NCBI GenBank assembly: GCA_051294375.1 | Contig: CM119271.1 | Location: 15,692,770 to 15,756,769, forward strand | DNA length: 64,000 nt | Origin: Paraspadella gotoi | Taxonomy: Eukaryota > Animalia > Chaetognatha | Direction of reading: 5' to 3' | Shown here: positions 46,479 to 59,585 of the stretch, piece by piece | Layout: each line of letters begins with the position of its first letter | Numbering within the stretch: position 1 is the first letter of the stretch | The notes under the pieces: generated by a model | Database searches by the model: none | What the model saw: only the letters and a program-made list of their open reading frames with translations | Told to the model about the DNA's origin: nothing | Translations under genes and position numbers: made by a program

Positions 46479-49400
46479 TCAAGCGAATATCTTGACGTTC
46501 ATGACGAGAGTAAGCGTCTCGTCGGCGATGGTGACTTTGCACTTGGAGAGCTCGGCGTGGTCGCGCTTCAGATGCGACAAGACTTTGGGGATGTCGAGAA
46601 AGAACTCTTCGGTTGCGCAGTGGCCGCACTTGGGATGAAGGGCGCGGACGTGGGCGTTGACGGCGGCGGCGTCGGGGAAGGCGGCGCGGCAGAGCGGGCA
46701 GGCGGATGTGGAGGGCGTGGCGGAGAGGATCGAGGCGGCCGCCATCGCCGCCGCCACTTCGGGATCGTCCCCGCGGATGGAACAGTTTACCACTTCAGGT
46801 TCCTCGACTCTCGGTTTCTTGAAGGCCACGCCCACGTGGACCACGGAGACGGTCCCCGTTTGGGCGCTGAACATCGTCAACTCTCTCTTCGTCACGATCC
46901 TCTCTCTCTCGCTCTCGTCCTCTCCCTCTCTATCAGCGAAGACTCCCCGACGCAGCCACGTCTTTCGCGTCAATCCACGAGCCGCGAGGCAGGAGGGACA
47001 TTCCCAAAATCTCGGATCCAAACAATCGCGAATTCCTGGCAGAGTGACACGCCCACCGCGTTGGCGCGAGTAGACGCAGACCTTGAACCGGAGGAGAAGG
47101 TTTTAATTTATAAGAAATGAATATTATTTATGGTGTATTATTTGTGTTTTGTTCCTTTGCAACATGATAAAGCTAATAAGATGTGATTTAAGCTACTTTG
47201 TTAATATAAGGTTGTGTAAATAATAAGCTATTCCAGCTGGCAATGTCAGACTTTCTTTTCAAAATTGGAGATTCGGCGAGGAAATGCAGGGACGTCGATG
47301 AGGGGGTAAGGACTAAGGAGTTTCGTGGGGGAGAAACAGAAGGTGGATGGGGAGAAAGGGAGTGAGGAGGGAGGGGGGGTTGGCGATGGAGGTTCTGTTG
47401 GAGGTGATTTTATGAGGATCGCCAGGCAACAGTTCGAGTCCATCTTCAGTAACGAAAACTTTTCTAAAACGACGTTGATTCAAGAAAGAGTTTGTTCCTG
47501 ACATCGAAACTAATAAACCAGAGAGAAAACGAGTGAGAACGAGAGAAAGAGAGAGAACGAGAGAGCGAAAGAAAGCCAGAGAGCGGGCGAGGGAAGGCGA
47601 GAAAAAAATGCTAATCCAACATTTGGCAAAAGTTTATGTCTAACAAGGCAACAAAGACCGACGTGGATTCTGAGAGGAAGAGAGTGGGGCGATCGCATCC
47701 GTCGACGACGTCCTCGCATTCTTCGGTAACTCGTCGACTTTTAGTCATTTTTCGACGCCTTGAGTCCAAAGAGGTAATAAATTCAAGTCAGAAAAGGGAG
47801 AGAAAAATCAACTTTTTCTTTTTCGATTACAAGAAAGGAAGGGGAGAATAGGGTTAGAAGAGACGATAACTAGTGATGTTGACTTTAATAAAGGGATAAA
47901 GGGATAATCGGGATAAAAATGATAAAATCGGGGGAAAAAAAAAGGGTGAAAGTGAACTCGGCCCCGATTTTCGAGAAGGAGAAAGAGGAAATGAATGAGA
48001 AAGAGAAGCAGACCCTCTTCTCCGCAAAGTCTCGTAATCTCCCGGAAGATATTTTGAAGATGTCATTATATCCAAATAAGGAGCTTAGCCCATTTATTCC
48101 ACACTAGAAATTTTACGAATACCTTCATGCCTTTACTCAATATCATTCCTGAAGCTGGCTAAGGGCTCGTAGGCCGACTCGCTGAGAGGAAACAAAAAAA
48201 AACAAAAAAATATATGACGGAAACAAAAAATATTCTCGAGAAAGGGAACTCTTCTTTCCCCCCAAGTGACTCAAGACTCGAGTGAATCTCTCTCTCACTC
48301 TCTCTGCCAAAGCGACGACTGAGGCTCGATGAAGAGGAGGAGAAAGGGGATGAAAAGGAGGGGGAAGATGAAGAGGAGGAGAAAGGCGATGAAAAGGAGG
48401 GGGAAGATGAAGAGGAGGGGAAAGGGGATGAAAAGGAGGCGGAAGAGGAGGAGGATCTGTCACTCGGGCGCGAATGGGGAAAGAGAATGGAAACTGTATA
48501 ATAATAACTACTCTTCCCTCTCTGCATTCATTGAATACAATGAATTAGTTAATAACCAACGAACCTCGTGATCCAGACGGGCGCAGCGATGACAGGTCAT
48601 CAGATCGGTGCCAGTTTCCCCGCAGAGGGAGCAGCGGGGGGAGGAGGAGGAGGAGGAGGAGGAGGGAAGAGAAGAAGGGAGGTTGGGAAAGGAAGAGGAA
48701 CTCATGGAGGAAAGGGAAGGAGAGATTCGCGGAGGGCGACCTCTCTTTCTCTTCGGGGAAGAAGGTGGTGGAGGTCGATGATGATGATGATGATTATGAT
48801 GATTATGATGATGATAATGATGATCGTCTTCTTTATTTTGGTTTTGATTATGATTTTTGTTGTTGTTGTTGTTGTTATTGTTGTTTTCGCTTGGCCGAAT
48901 CGACGGCGGCGTCGTTTTTGATGAGATTCGTGAACTCTCGGCGTTTTTTCCGGCGTCGACCGCTTTACCCGGCGAAGTAGCCACAGCCGGCCCCGCAGCC
49001 GCCAAAGCGCATCGTAGACAATCCCAGGCGTTTGGAATCTTGTAGAATTTGCAACTAACATCGAAATCGAGATCGAGCGCGAGAATCTGACAAACTGGAT
49101 GAACGACTTCGCAGCAAAATCCGCATTCCATCAGTTTGAGCTTTTGACGCTGCGTCGGCGCGCGGACGGGAACGCGGCAGCGCCGCCTTCCGCACTCGTT
49201 GCAAGCGGCGTGACGCGGCAGCAGCGGCTCAAGGCACTTTCTCTTGACGCAGCGAAGTTTGCGGGCGTGGCCGCGTTCCTCTCGCTCGCGACAGGAGTGA
49301 CAGACGCGGCAGTCGTGAAGGGTGCAGCCAAGGCAGGACCGGCAATTCCGGCGACGGTATTTCCGGTGGGCGGGGCGGATTTTTTGAGGAGAGTTCGGAC

Positions 49401-49578
49401 GGGGGTCGGAATCGTAGTTGAGCGAAGCGGAAATCCGGGATATTTTGAGCGGAGGGTCGTTGAGGGAGTCGTCGGATCGGCGGAGGCGAACCCGGAGCGA
49501 GCGGGTGCAGCCGAAGAATCGGCGCCAATCGGCGTCGCTCGCGATCGATCGAGGCGATTGAATTGAAGAGTCCGACAT
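46479..49578 (-). CDS. KDM2/FBXL19-type CXXC + PHD protein with a second PHD and two C2H2 fingers; no JmjC, F-box or LRR seen (exons about 49578-48565 and 47081-46479)
   Basis: RRRNCRSCLGCTLHDCRVCHSC..RCVKRKCLEPLLPRHAACNEC..LMECGFCCEVVHPVC..IPNAWDCLRC follows KDM2 spacing; CSLC..CHRC..HE|VC..WECPSC completes PHD2 across a phase-0 intron. Confidence 0.75.
48328..48445. repeat. 39-bp purine-rich tandem repeat x3
   Basis: gatgaagaggaggagaaaggggatgaaaaggaggggaa repeated. Confidence 0.85.
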
Positions 49579-51177
49579 TGTCGTCGTCGACGTCGTCTTT
49601 TAAAAAAGTTTAAAAGTCATTTCTCTCTTCTTTCTCTTTGGTTCGACTTCGAGGCTGTCAAAAAAAAAAAATTTGAACTATCACCATGAAATCATGAAAC
49701 AGAGGGGGAGGGGGAAAAAAAGGAAATAAATTTTTGGCCTCCGTTCGAATGTATGTATATAGTTTTTTTTTTGTTTAATTAATAAAAAAAAAAATGCGGA
49801 GAGGAAAGAACGACGTCCTCCTCCCAAATCCGGTCGAGGTACGGAAGCATTTTTTTCTTCTTTCAACAAATCGATTTAAATAAATTTGTAACATAATTAA
49901 TAATTTTGTTTGTTTGTTTCTGCAGAAACATATATAGCTATATAATGAGAAAGCCCTTTAACATCACTCGAGGAGAAACAGCGCGAATGTTAGTATAAAG
50001 TTTAGCAGGTTTTTTTTTTAAGACGCGAACGAAAAAGATATAAAAACGCATGTAATGTATTATATAAAGAATTTAACAATAAATGGTAAACTCACAAAAT
50101 ACTGCGTTGTAGCCTTTTGACTGCGCGAAAACCAAATTTCATGCTATTAACTTTTTTTTTAAATTTTTATTATTTGACATAATTAATCAACTTATAAACT
50201 AAAGGGTTCGGGAGTAAGTCTCACCGACCTTAGTTCATTCATAATCAGGGGGAAAAAAAGTATTTGGAAAGGGGAGGTGGAAGGGGGGGAGGCAGAAATG
50301 AAGGACTACAACAGTAAATCTTAAAATGGCAACTTTAGGCTGAGCAAGCGAGGGATTATCGCGATTAACGCACAGTCCGAGCACACTGTGTACGAGGTTC
50401 ACTAGCAGTTGAGTCTTGGCACACTTATTTATAGTGCCCGAAAGGGTCATTAACAGTTCAGCAAAATTGGAAAAGGATACCGTAATTTTAGAAAAGAAAA
50501 ACATAATTAAATTCATATTCGACGTTACATAATTTCTTTTAAATACAGTAGCTTACTGAAAAAAAAACCCAACAAAAAACAGTCCTATAAACAAGATAGT
50601 TGGAATGATAATTTTCTTTGAAATGACGAAACAATGACGAATAATTAAGTTACCTCTTGAGACTTTTTGCTGAGCTCACCGACTCATATCGATGACAAAT
50701 CGAACTCGATAAATTCGTTTCCGCTCATTAAGTTTAATGCTGAAGTATTAACGAGCGGAAATTTGCTTAAACTATTATGAAATAATAAATTATTCAAATT
50801 ATAATTTTTTTTACTTTTAAAGTTGTTCGCAAAACATCAGTATTTTATTAAAATAGAAAAAAACAATTAGCTGAGATGGCGGGAAGCCCTCCCATTGGTC
50901 GAACAGACTTTTCTCTTTATCGACCCTTAAGCCCAAGCTTCCCCTCAGGAGACGAGACGTCAAAGTAAATAAGGTTGTATTAAAGGTTCGTCCTCCCTTC
51001 CCGAGGAATTCTCTAAACCAAATGCTGTAATTTTTGTAGCTTCCCCTCAATCGATCACTTCACAAGCCAACCTCTTTTTCTCACGCAACAACAACAACAA
51101 CAAATAATCACAGGTGAACGAGTTTTCACGCAATCGGCTCGAGTCGTCGAAACAAAGACGACGGGGGCAGGAATGAG

Positions 51178-51178
51178 A

Positions 51179-51238
<60 letters not shown>

Positions 51239-51262
51239 AAGAGAAGAGAGAGAGAGAGAGAA
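51178..51262. repeat. (GA)n microsatellite (others at 51594-51642 and 60024-60089)
   Basis: Visible dinucleotide runs. Confidence 0.95.
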
Positions 51263-51588
51263 ACTAAGGAATCGCGATGTACGAAAAAAAAAAACTGGGT
51301 TGGTCCGCGATTATTCAAATTCATTAATTAATTATTCGATAAAAAATAGTGAAAAAAAATATTATATGGAGCTTAGCAGAAAAAAAAATAAAAATGGAAA
51401 TAAATGGTAGAGTTTTTTATTTTTTTTTCGTTAATTCGAGTCTCAACCGAAGAGAAAAAAAATATCACGAGTCGTCGTCGTTGTCGTCGTCAGAATCAAC
51501 TTTCTATTTTTGCGCTTTTTTTTTCACGTCGTTAAAATTTCTTGGCAAAGTCTGGGACACAATTCGCAAGCGCGATTTCGAGGGAGGG

Positions 51589-51646
<58 letters not shown>

Positions 51647-51701
51647 ACTTTTTAACTCCACCCCAACTCCCCCAAATAAGGTGCCACGCCCACTTGATAT
51701 T

Positions 51702-54700
51702 TCACCGTCCCGCCCCCGCGTCCTGATACAAGTAAAGGTTGTTGGTGGCGGCGACGGCGAGGACGTTGTCCCTCGGATGCCAGGCCGCGTGGAGGATCTT
51801 CTTGTTGAAGTCGAGGCAGTCGACGGAGATCTCGTCCTTCTTCCGTTTGTTCGTCGTGCACACTTTGCGGGGCTTGAGGGCGCTGCCGGGTCGAAGGGCG
51901 GCGTCGCGGGAGGCCTCGAAGGTGGCGTCCCAATCGCAGGAGCGGTCGAAGGCGCGGAAGAAGTTGTTGTAGCTGCCGGTGAGTACGGCGCCGTCGTCGC
52001 CGCTCCAGGCGCACTCGAACTTGTCGAAGATGCAGTCGTTCTCGTAGAGGGAGCAGAGTTTGGCGCGGAGGTGCTCGTGCACTTGGTAGATCTCCACCGG
52101 CTTCGACTCCATGTTCACGTCCCAGATCTTGAGGGAGAGGTAATCGCGAGACATGAGGTAGCGCCCGCTGTGGGAGAACCGCACGTCCGAGATGGAGGAG
52201 ATGATCTCGGAGAAGAAGGAACGGTTCGTCGGATCCTCGGGCTCCTCGAAGAGCTTGGTGTGTTGGTCGCAGAGGGCCGAGGAGCGCATGTCGCAGAAAC
52301 GGATCGTTCCCTTGGAGCTGGAGTAGACGAAGGTGGAGCAGTTCTGGAGTTTGGAAGGGGTCGGGTGGGAAATGATTGGTTCAACCAAAAATCAATGAAA
52401 ACTTGTTATGATAATAGTAATGAAATTAATAATCACATGCGCATTAATAATTTTTTTTTCTTATTACGAATGAATAACGGACAAATTAAAACTTTCACTG
52501 TTTTCCCCTCAGTTTAATAAATAATTTTTATCCAGTTTGATTATATTCCGTCGAGTTTAAAGTTCGTTTCTAAAGAAATAACAAACATAAAATTTGTTTA
52601 TTTTTTTTTCTTTCGATTTTTTTAAAATCTCCAGAAAAAAAGAGTAGAGCAAATCTCAGCCAAAAGTGGGACAATTCTCACGTCGTAATTTGTTTACTTT
52701 AAATCGCATGAAAAAGAAAAAACGGATTTTAATTATTAAAAATAAAAAGTCTTGAAAAATCGAAACCTAACGACCCACGGACCTGCGGATGAAACTCTGC
52801 GGCGGTGATGACCTCGGTGAGATCCTCCATGTTCGCCGGTTTGATGTCAACGATGTTGAACGACTGATTCGTGATTTCCAAATTCCACAAATTTATTCTC
52901 AGGTCGTCGGCGCTCATGTAGGTCTCGTCGTCACTGGCGACGGAATCCAAACAAGAGTTTAATCAAAACAAAAAGAAAGAAAGAAGAAAAGAAAAAAAAA
53001 GGGAAACCTGTTGACGGAGATGGAGTTGATGTGATAAGTGTGAGCGTTGGCGAAGATCTTCCTCGGACTCGCCTCCACCATCAACTCCATGGGTTTGAAT
53101 ACTGGAACCAAAAGCGTCGTGATTGTCTGCGGATCGCGGGTCATACCGTCCTCTTTGATGTTGGCGCCTGGCAAGGGACAAAAAGTGGATTCAATTCAAG
53201 AAATACCATGATTTCGTTTAAACATTAAATATATGTAATCGATAAATCTAAATGCTGCAGTATGCAAACGAAATTCGTTATCATTTGAGACAATCTAAAA
53301 ATCACTCGACGGACATAGTCTAGTTATAATGTGAAATATTAATACTCCAATATGCAAAGGAAATTGAGCGAATCCGATTATCACTTAAAACTAAACTCAC
53401 TCTGCTAAACATTCACAAAAATCAGTCGAACTCCCTTTCCAAAAAAAGCATCGAATCCTCTCGATGACCTGATCCCCTCGATCCCCTCGATCCCCTCACC
53501 TTCGACCCTTTTGTCGCGCTCTTGGATCTTCCACAGTTTGATGGTCTTATCGTTGGTCGAGAGAAGGAAGTGAGCCTGGTTCTTCCTGGAGAGCCACTTG
53601 ATCTGGTTGATCTTTTCCTCGATCTCCAGCGACTTGAGATAATCGAATTCTGGCTCGTGGCTTTGGAAAGTGCTGTACACTGTGTATTCGCCCTTTTTAG
53701 AGCGGTTGCGTCTTGACTCAGCCTCCTGGGAGGATAAAAGGGGGGGGAGTAAAGTTTGAATGTACATTATCGCGTTTTCAAGGAACATTAAGAAGCAAAC
53801 TCCAACGAACTAACAACAGTCCAACACAAACGATTGAGGAAAGTAAACGACAGCTAGTCTATAAAGAAATAAATAAGTTCGTTTCCATTCCCAACGTTTG
53901 GCACAAGTTTATGTCCAACGGAAAAAGCGATGACTATTATATCGTTATTAATTATCATAAATATTTTATTATCATCATCAAACATCTAACGAAAAAAGGA
54001 AGAGAGAGACGAACCTGTTGAAAAATGACGACCCTTCCTCCTTTGTCTCCCGTAGCGAGGAGACTCCCGTCGGAGTTGAACTCGACGCAGGAGATGATGT
54101 CGGCTTCAGTGATGTCGTCGTCGTCGACGGCGCCCTTCACTTGAGAGAAGCACCACTGGTAATCCGCCGCTGGAAACGGGAAGAGTGGGGAGTGGGGAGT
54201 GAGGTGGGGAAGATAAGGTCGAGGAAAGAGAAGAATTAAATATGGAAAAGGATAGATGCGAAAATTTTATTTTTAACTAGATTCATTCATTTTTTCATTC
54301 ATTCTTTCTTTCTCTCTTTCTCCTTATTTGTTTTCTTCCTCTTTATTTGATTATCTCTTTGATTTAAAATGAAAAAGAGGAAAATAACTTTTAACCATAA
54401 ATCTCTCCCTCGCATTCAAAACAGATAGAGGGATGAGTATATTTCACTGTATTCCCCCATTTCTCTTCCCCATTCTCGCTCGAGACACCTTTTCTTCTTC
54501 CTCTTCCGCCTCTTTTCCTCCCTTTCCCTTCCTCCTCATCGAGCGACGACAGAAGGAGCAAAGAGAGAGATTTTAGTTCTGTCTTGGGTTCTACTTCAGC
54601 TCAAAAGCTCCCTCTCAGAGAATATGTTGGAGACAAATTCGTGCGGACATCGAAGGACTCGAGATGAAGAACAATTTGCTACGAACAATTAAGGAACTGT

Positions 54701-55056
54701 TCCTCAATAAAAATATAAATAATGATTGCTTTTATTTGCCTTATTTGTTATCGTTCACATTTCAGATAAATGAGTATCGTGCTTAATATGTATAAATGAT
54801 AAGTGTCAGAATACACAGTTCTTGGTATCCCCATAAATCCGCCTCCAACAAATATACCTTTTTTGCCTATTTTTTGGACTTTTCCTTTGACGTTACTCAG
54901 AGAGATAGAGATGATGGACCTACCCATCAGTTAGCAAAACATACTTCTCTGCTCCATCAACCCACCCGAACTCCCGTTCCGCGCGACGCTCCCCACGAAG
55001 CCCGTGTCCATGGGCACGACGGCGGGCGACGCCGCCGTCCCGTTGCCCCCCACCAT
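51702..55056 (-). CDS. PPP2R2A: PP2A regulatory subunit B55 (twins/PPP2R2), 6 exons; start Met could be 55056 or 55011
   Basis: [105 protein letters not shown]. Confidence 0.97.
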
Positions 55057-55785
55057 TCTCTGAACCGGCGCCGTGGCGACGAATCGGCGGGGCACGGCGG
55101 GAAGAGTCGAACGTCCGCGGGAGGAGAAAGGGGCGTCGATGGGAAGGTGGGGGTGGTCGATGGGAAAGTGGGCGGGGTTTATGGGAAAGTGGTGAAGGGC
55201 GAAAAGGAGTTGGAGGGAAGGATATGGGCGGAGGCTGAGTGGAGTGGCGATCGGTGGACCGCGTGAGAATAGAAGGATTCGAGGTTTTTATGTCATTTGA
55301 AGCTGCCGATAAAATACAGGAACTTTAACGTCGAAATATAAAAAAAAAAAACCTGTAGAAAAACAATAAGAACAATGTAAGAAAAAATAAAAAAAGGGAC
55401 TAGTCTCAGAAGACAAATTCAATTAATATTGTATACACTCATTAGTCATTACCTTATTCATTCAATCAATATAATTAGCGAAAAAAACAAATTGAAAGTA
55501 CGAAGGCGGTCGAGGTCGAATCATCATCATCATCATCATTATCATTATCATCATCACCACCATCCAAGAATCTAAATGTAAAACAAGAACGGTAATTCCA
55601 ATGTGTTGCGCCCCAGTGACTTTCTTATTACATTTCCGGGTGATCACGTGATTACTGTGACACACATTGCATTGGATTTCCGTCTTTTATCTTTTATTTA
55701 TACTTAAGATTAGCGGTTCTTTCCGAGTGAGAAAAAATAACAAAAGAGCAATCAAAAAAAAAAAGTTAAAGACTAGAGAGCTAAA

Positions 55786-58700
55786 TCATTGAAGTGCGAA
55801 TCCTTCAGATCCTTCCTTGATGGCGATCAGCAAGAGTCTGTGAAACGTGGCGCAATCCTCGTAGTCGGGCAAGCACAGTTGGTTGAAACACGTGTGCGCC
55901 GTGGGCAGAGCGTTGATCGAAAAGGGACCGTGGGTGATTTGAAACTCGGGGCGGAGTTGAGCGAAGCCCCCGACGGGAAGCTGCGAGGACCCGGTGACGA
56001 ATTGAAGGAGCAGGGCGAGTTCCTCTTGTCCAAAGGAGGAAACGATCGTCCAGAACCAATCGACGACGCGAGGGAACATCGGCGACGTCGACGAGCAGAT
56101 TGTGGTGTGCTTTTTTAAATCAGCCACGTCGATCTTGCCAGTGCCGCAGAGCAGCAACTCCAATTCCCGCTCATCGAAGATACAGAGGAGGCGGTCGGGG
56201 ATTAGCTCGTTGAATCCCTTGAGAAAAGCGGCCACCTCTTCCTCGACGGCCGTGACTAGACGATATCGGGCCAACGCATCCAAGTATGCCACCTTGTTAT
56301 CTTCAGTGACGGGGATGTTGCGACCGTTGGATATAAGATCAACTACATCGATCAAGTGACCTTGTGGGTCGTAGACTTCCTCGGAAAAGTTGAGATCTTC
56401 AAGGCCGAGAGCGGATGAAGAGTCAGCATCGCTGAGGTCGTTTTCCAAAATATACTTCACTTTAGAGACGTAAAAGTCGGGGTCATCTTGTTCGAAATAC
56501 TTGTGGTTAATTCTCAGGCCAATAAGTTGAGCCAAAAAAGATCTCGACAACCGGGCTTTAACGCATTGAGCATAGGATGGTCCCTGGGCCGTCTCGAACA
56601 AACACTTGCCAACTACCTTGCCAACAAACTCAAAATGTTTGGCTCTCACGCTGGCCGGACGTCTGGTCGCAAAACAAGGATGGACAGGGCCGAGTCGATC
56701 TTCGGAGAACCTGGCAAAGTATCCCGATCCGCTCTTGAAGATGGCGCCAGTGAGCAGCGTGAACCATTCGCGTCTGAGTCCTCCCCAGTCTAGACCCTCC
56801 TCTCTCGCGAAAGTCACTTCGAAGAGCTTGCACCAATCCGCGGTGGAGGCGTTCTTCAAGGCTTTTAAAGACGATTCCACGAGATCGAAACGATCGACGT
56901 TGATCGAGAGTTTTCCTCGTCCGTGACGCGCGTGGTGCTTCGTGAGCTCCGCATTGAAAAACGCTCGTTTCTCTTGGAAGGTCTGAGATCCGCCGATGTT
57001 CTTCCGCAAGAAATCGGCGAAGGCGGCGACGAGGATGTCGCGGTGCGGCGAGGAAAGACGGATTTTCTCGGCGCCATCGTCGATGCTGAAGACTTTGTCA
57101 TCGCCGGATCGAGACGAAGGAGAAAAGGAAAAACGCGTCGATGGACAAACGCGAAATGCGAAGAGACTTTTAGGGAAAATCTTGAGGTAAAATTCTTTGA
57201 CGGTGATTTGACGAGGGGAGACGTAGACGTAGACCTTTCGAGGCTTGGACGCCGTCGGGACGTCGAGTAGTCGAGCCTCGTACCACAGGTTGTGCTTTTT
57301 CTTGTCAACGTTAGTCGCCAACGTCGAAGCCTCGCTCTGGGTCAGGACGACCAGATCGAAGGAACACTTGTTGATTTTCTCGTGGATGAAGGCGACGGTG
57401 ACGCGGAAAATACCCAATTTATGCGGATAAGACTTGAGAATGAGTCGACGGGAAGATCGTTCGAAAACCGAGTTGACGGGAAAGACTTCGGCGCGGACGA
57501 GCGAGGAATTTAAAGGCATCTCGTAGGACAACGGTTCCGCCAATAAAGAAAAGAGGGAACCGTCGATGTCTTTGGAATCGCATTTGTTGTTGTATTCGTC
57601 GCGAGGTTGGAGATCCAGCGATAGCACCTGACCCTGAGTACAGGTGACCAGCGAGGTCCGCTGGATCAAGGCCGTCTTCGTTAGATCCATGGGACCGGGG
57701 AGAAATTCCCTCACAAACGGGGAACCCTCGACCGGGGATCCGGCGACCCGAACGGTGATTTTATAGACGCCGGATTTGTGAACCGTAAAAGTGACGCGGG
57801 CGACGTTAGGCGCGAGGGATGCCGGCGTCGAGTCGGCCGACGACGGCGACGGGGAAGAAGCGAAGGAAGCGGAGTGAAGGACGAGAGAATTCTCGGAAAT
57901 GATTTCGACGAAGAACCAATGTCTCGCGGACTCTTCGTCGAGTGGAAACCGAATCCCGCCGATCTTGAAGAGGGCGACTTGAAAAGAAACGGTGGAACCG
58001 ACGCGGGATCTGTCGTCGAATTCCCATCGGATTCGAGTCAATCGAGTCATGGGATAATTGAGAGTCAAAGCGTCGATGATTCCCTCTCGGGACGAGGGAC
58101 GGATCCCGGGAAGGGTCACGGGGCGAGGACGACGATGCGAAGCGATGAAAGGAAGGAAGTAGAATAAAAAGACGACGACGATTGTATAGATGAACGCTCG
58201 AAAGTTTAATCCCCATTTTTTAGACTTGATCGTCAAGGATTTCCATCTTTCTTCGAGCGTCGGTTTATCTGGGCGAAGTTTCGACGCCGCGGAACGAAAT
58301 GACGCCGCGAGGTCGGAGTCGGCGTCGAAGGCGCGGAAAATGGAAGGATACGGATGTATAAAGTCGATTTCTTCTTCTCTTAAAACATCGAGAATCCACG
58401 GAACGTCGGACAAAAAGGCTTCGTCGCTGACGAAACTTGGCGCTAAATCGGACAAGCGATGTTCGCGCAACCAGTCTTCGAGCAAGAGCTCTTCCTTCAT
58501 CCCTTCCGCCGCCTCCTTCAACGCCTTCAAAGTGGCGGGATTTCGCTTCGCCTCCGACAACAAAGAAAAAGGTTTCTCGGAGACGCTGGTCACGAAGTCG
58601 GCGGCGTTGTCGAACCCTCCCGATCGGATCACCTCGTCGATCAACTCTTGATCAAAGCCTCGAGTCCGGAGTTTCGTCTCCAGCGACTTGGCGCCTTCGC

Positions 58701-58872
58701 TCTTTTCCGGAACCATCCACAGGGCGAAAGCGAGAGCGAGAATCACGACGAAAGCGACAAAGTATTTCGCGAATCGATCGAACAAACGACCCAAAATTAA
58801 AAGAAAGAAAAAAGTCCAGAATAAATGTCGGAGACGAATCGCCATGGTTACGGAAGACGCACGAAAGGTCAT
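55786..58872 (-). CDS. AREL1: Apoptosis-resistant HECT E3 ligase 1, intronless, 1028 aa
   Basis: N-terminal TM segments, filamin-like repeat (SGVYKITV..GSPF), KPRKVYVYVSPRQITVKEFYLKIFP, GGSQTFQEK, EEGLDWGGLRREWF, catalytic PTAHTCFNQLCLP. Confidence 0.93.
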   Translation of the reverse strand: MTFRASSVTMAIRLRHLFWTFFFLLILGRLFDRFAKYFVAFVVILALAFALWMVPEKSEGAKSLETKLRTRGFDQELIDEVIRSGGFDNAADFVTSVSEKPFSLLSEAKRNPATLKALKEAAEGMKEELLLEDWLREHRLSDLAPSFVSDEAFLSDVPWILDVLREEEIDFIHPYPSIFRAFDADSDLAASFRSAASKLRPDKPTLEERWKSLTIKSKKWGLNFRAFIYTIVVVFLFYFLPFIASHRRPRPVTLPGIRPSSREGIIDALTLNYPMTRLTRIRWEFDDRSRVGSTVSFQVALFKIGGIRFPLDEESARHWFFVEIISENSLVLHSASFASSPSPSSADSTPASLAPNVARVTFTVHKSGVYKITVRVAGSPVEGSPFVREFLPGPMDLTKTALIQRTSLVTCTQGQVLSLDLQPRDEYNNKCDSKDIDGSLFSLLAEPLSYEMPLNSSLVRAEVFPVNSVFERSSRRLILKSYPHKLGIFRVTVAFIHEKINKCSFDLVVLTQSEASTLATNVDKKKHNLWYEARLLDVPTASKPRKVYVYVSPRQITVKEFYLKIFPKSLFAFRVCPSTRFSFSPSSRSGDDKVFSIDDGAEKIRLSSPHRDILVAAFADFLRKNIGGSQTFQEKRAFFNAELTKHHARHGRGKLSINVDRFDLVESSLKALKNASTADWCKLFEVTFAREEGLDWGGLRREWFTLLTGAIFKSGSGYFARFSEDRLGPVHPCFATRRPASVRAKHFEFVGKVVGKCLFETAQGPSYAQCVKARLSRSFLAQLIGLRINHKYFEQDDPDFYVSKVKYILENDLSDADSSSALGLEDLNFSEEVYDPQGHLIDVVDLISNGRNIPVTEDNKVAYLDALARYRLVTAVEEEVAAFLKGFNELIPDRLLCIFDERELELLLCGTGKIDVADLKKHTTICSSTSPMFPRVVDWFWTIVSSFGQEELALLLQFVTGSSQLPVGGFAQLRPEFQITHGPFSINALPTAHTCFNQLCLPDYEDCATFHRLLLIAIKEGSEGFALQ

Positions 58873-59585
58873 TTAGTTAAAACGTGGATGTCGAAAATGG
58901 CGGGGAGAGGGTCCGTCCGTCCGTCCATCGTGAACCCATTCGAGTTGACCTTCTGTTGTGACTCACCGGAAAGTGGAAGAATTTTCAAGCTTGGATTTGG
59001 CTTTTGATTCAAACTCGCTTTAGGAAAAAAATTAGTAAATGAAAAGATACTTATGCACAAAACAGCTTTTTAGGCTATAAATTGGAAAACGAAAACGCGT
59101 ACATATAAATTAAAGGATAAAAAATTTGAATTATCATCACAATTTTTTGCAATAAACAAAAAAAACCGATTCGTCCAATTTTTCGTCTGCTGCTCGAAAA
59201 CTCAATTTTTCCTTTTCCTTTTTTTGACCAAGTTTTTTCTTTTGTTCGGCCCCAGTTTTGTCCCGTGAAACGACGATACAGTGAAAGACTCAAAAACGTG
59301 AACCGTGAGTCACGTCGATTCGAGTTTCATTCAGTTTTGTTTTCGATTCAATTCAAACAAAAGGTAATCCGCGTGGAATTCAAATTAACCAATAACTAAA
59401 ATACAAAGACAAAGTTTTTTTTTAAATATCACATTAGAATTTGATAGATACGAAATGAAAAAAAAGTGACTTAGACGAGTCGGCGGAATTGGTAGAGGAA
59501 TTGAAAGGGCGGGGGGGAAACCGGAAACTCAGGGGGGGGGGAGGAAAATCAAGGGGGAGCTAAAGGGGAGATGCAACATCGATCG

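Noticed and set aside
48143-48571. Ser-, Pro- or Lys/Arg-rich ORFs
   Set aside because: Translations of a 39-bp purine tandem repeat in an intron; the PHD splices in phase without them.
50717-50762. Hairpin tttccgctc...gagcggaaa as a miRNA precursor
   Set aside because: Stem of about 14 bp is too short and nothing else supports it.
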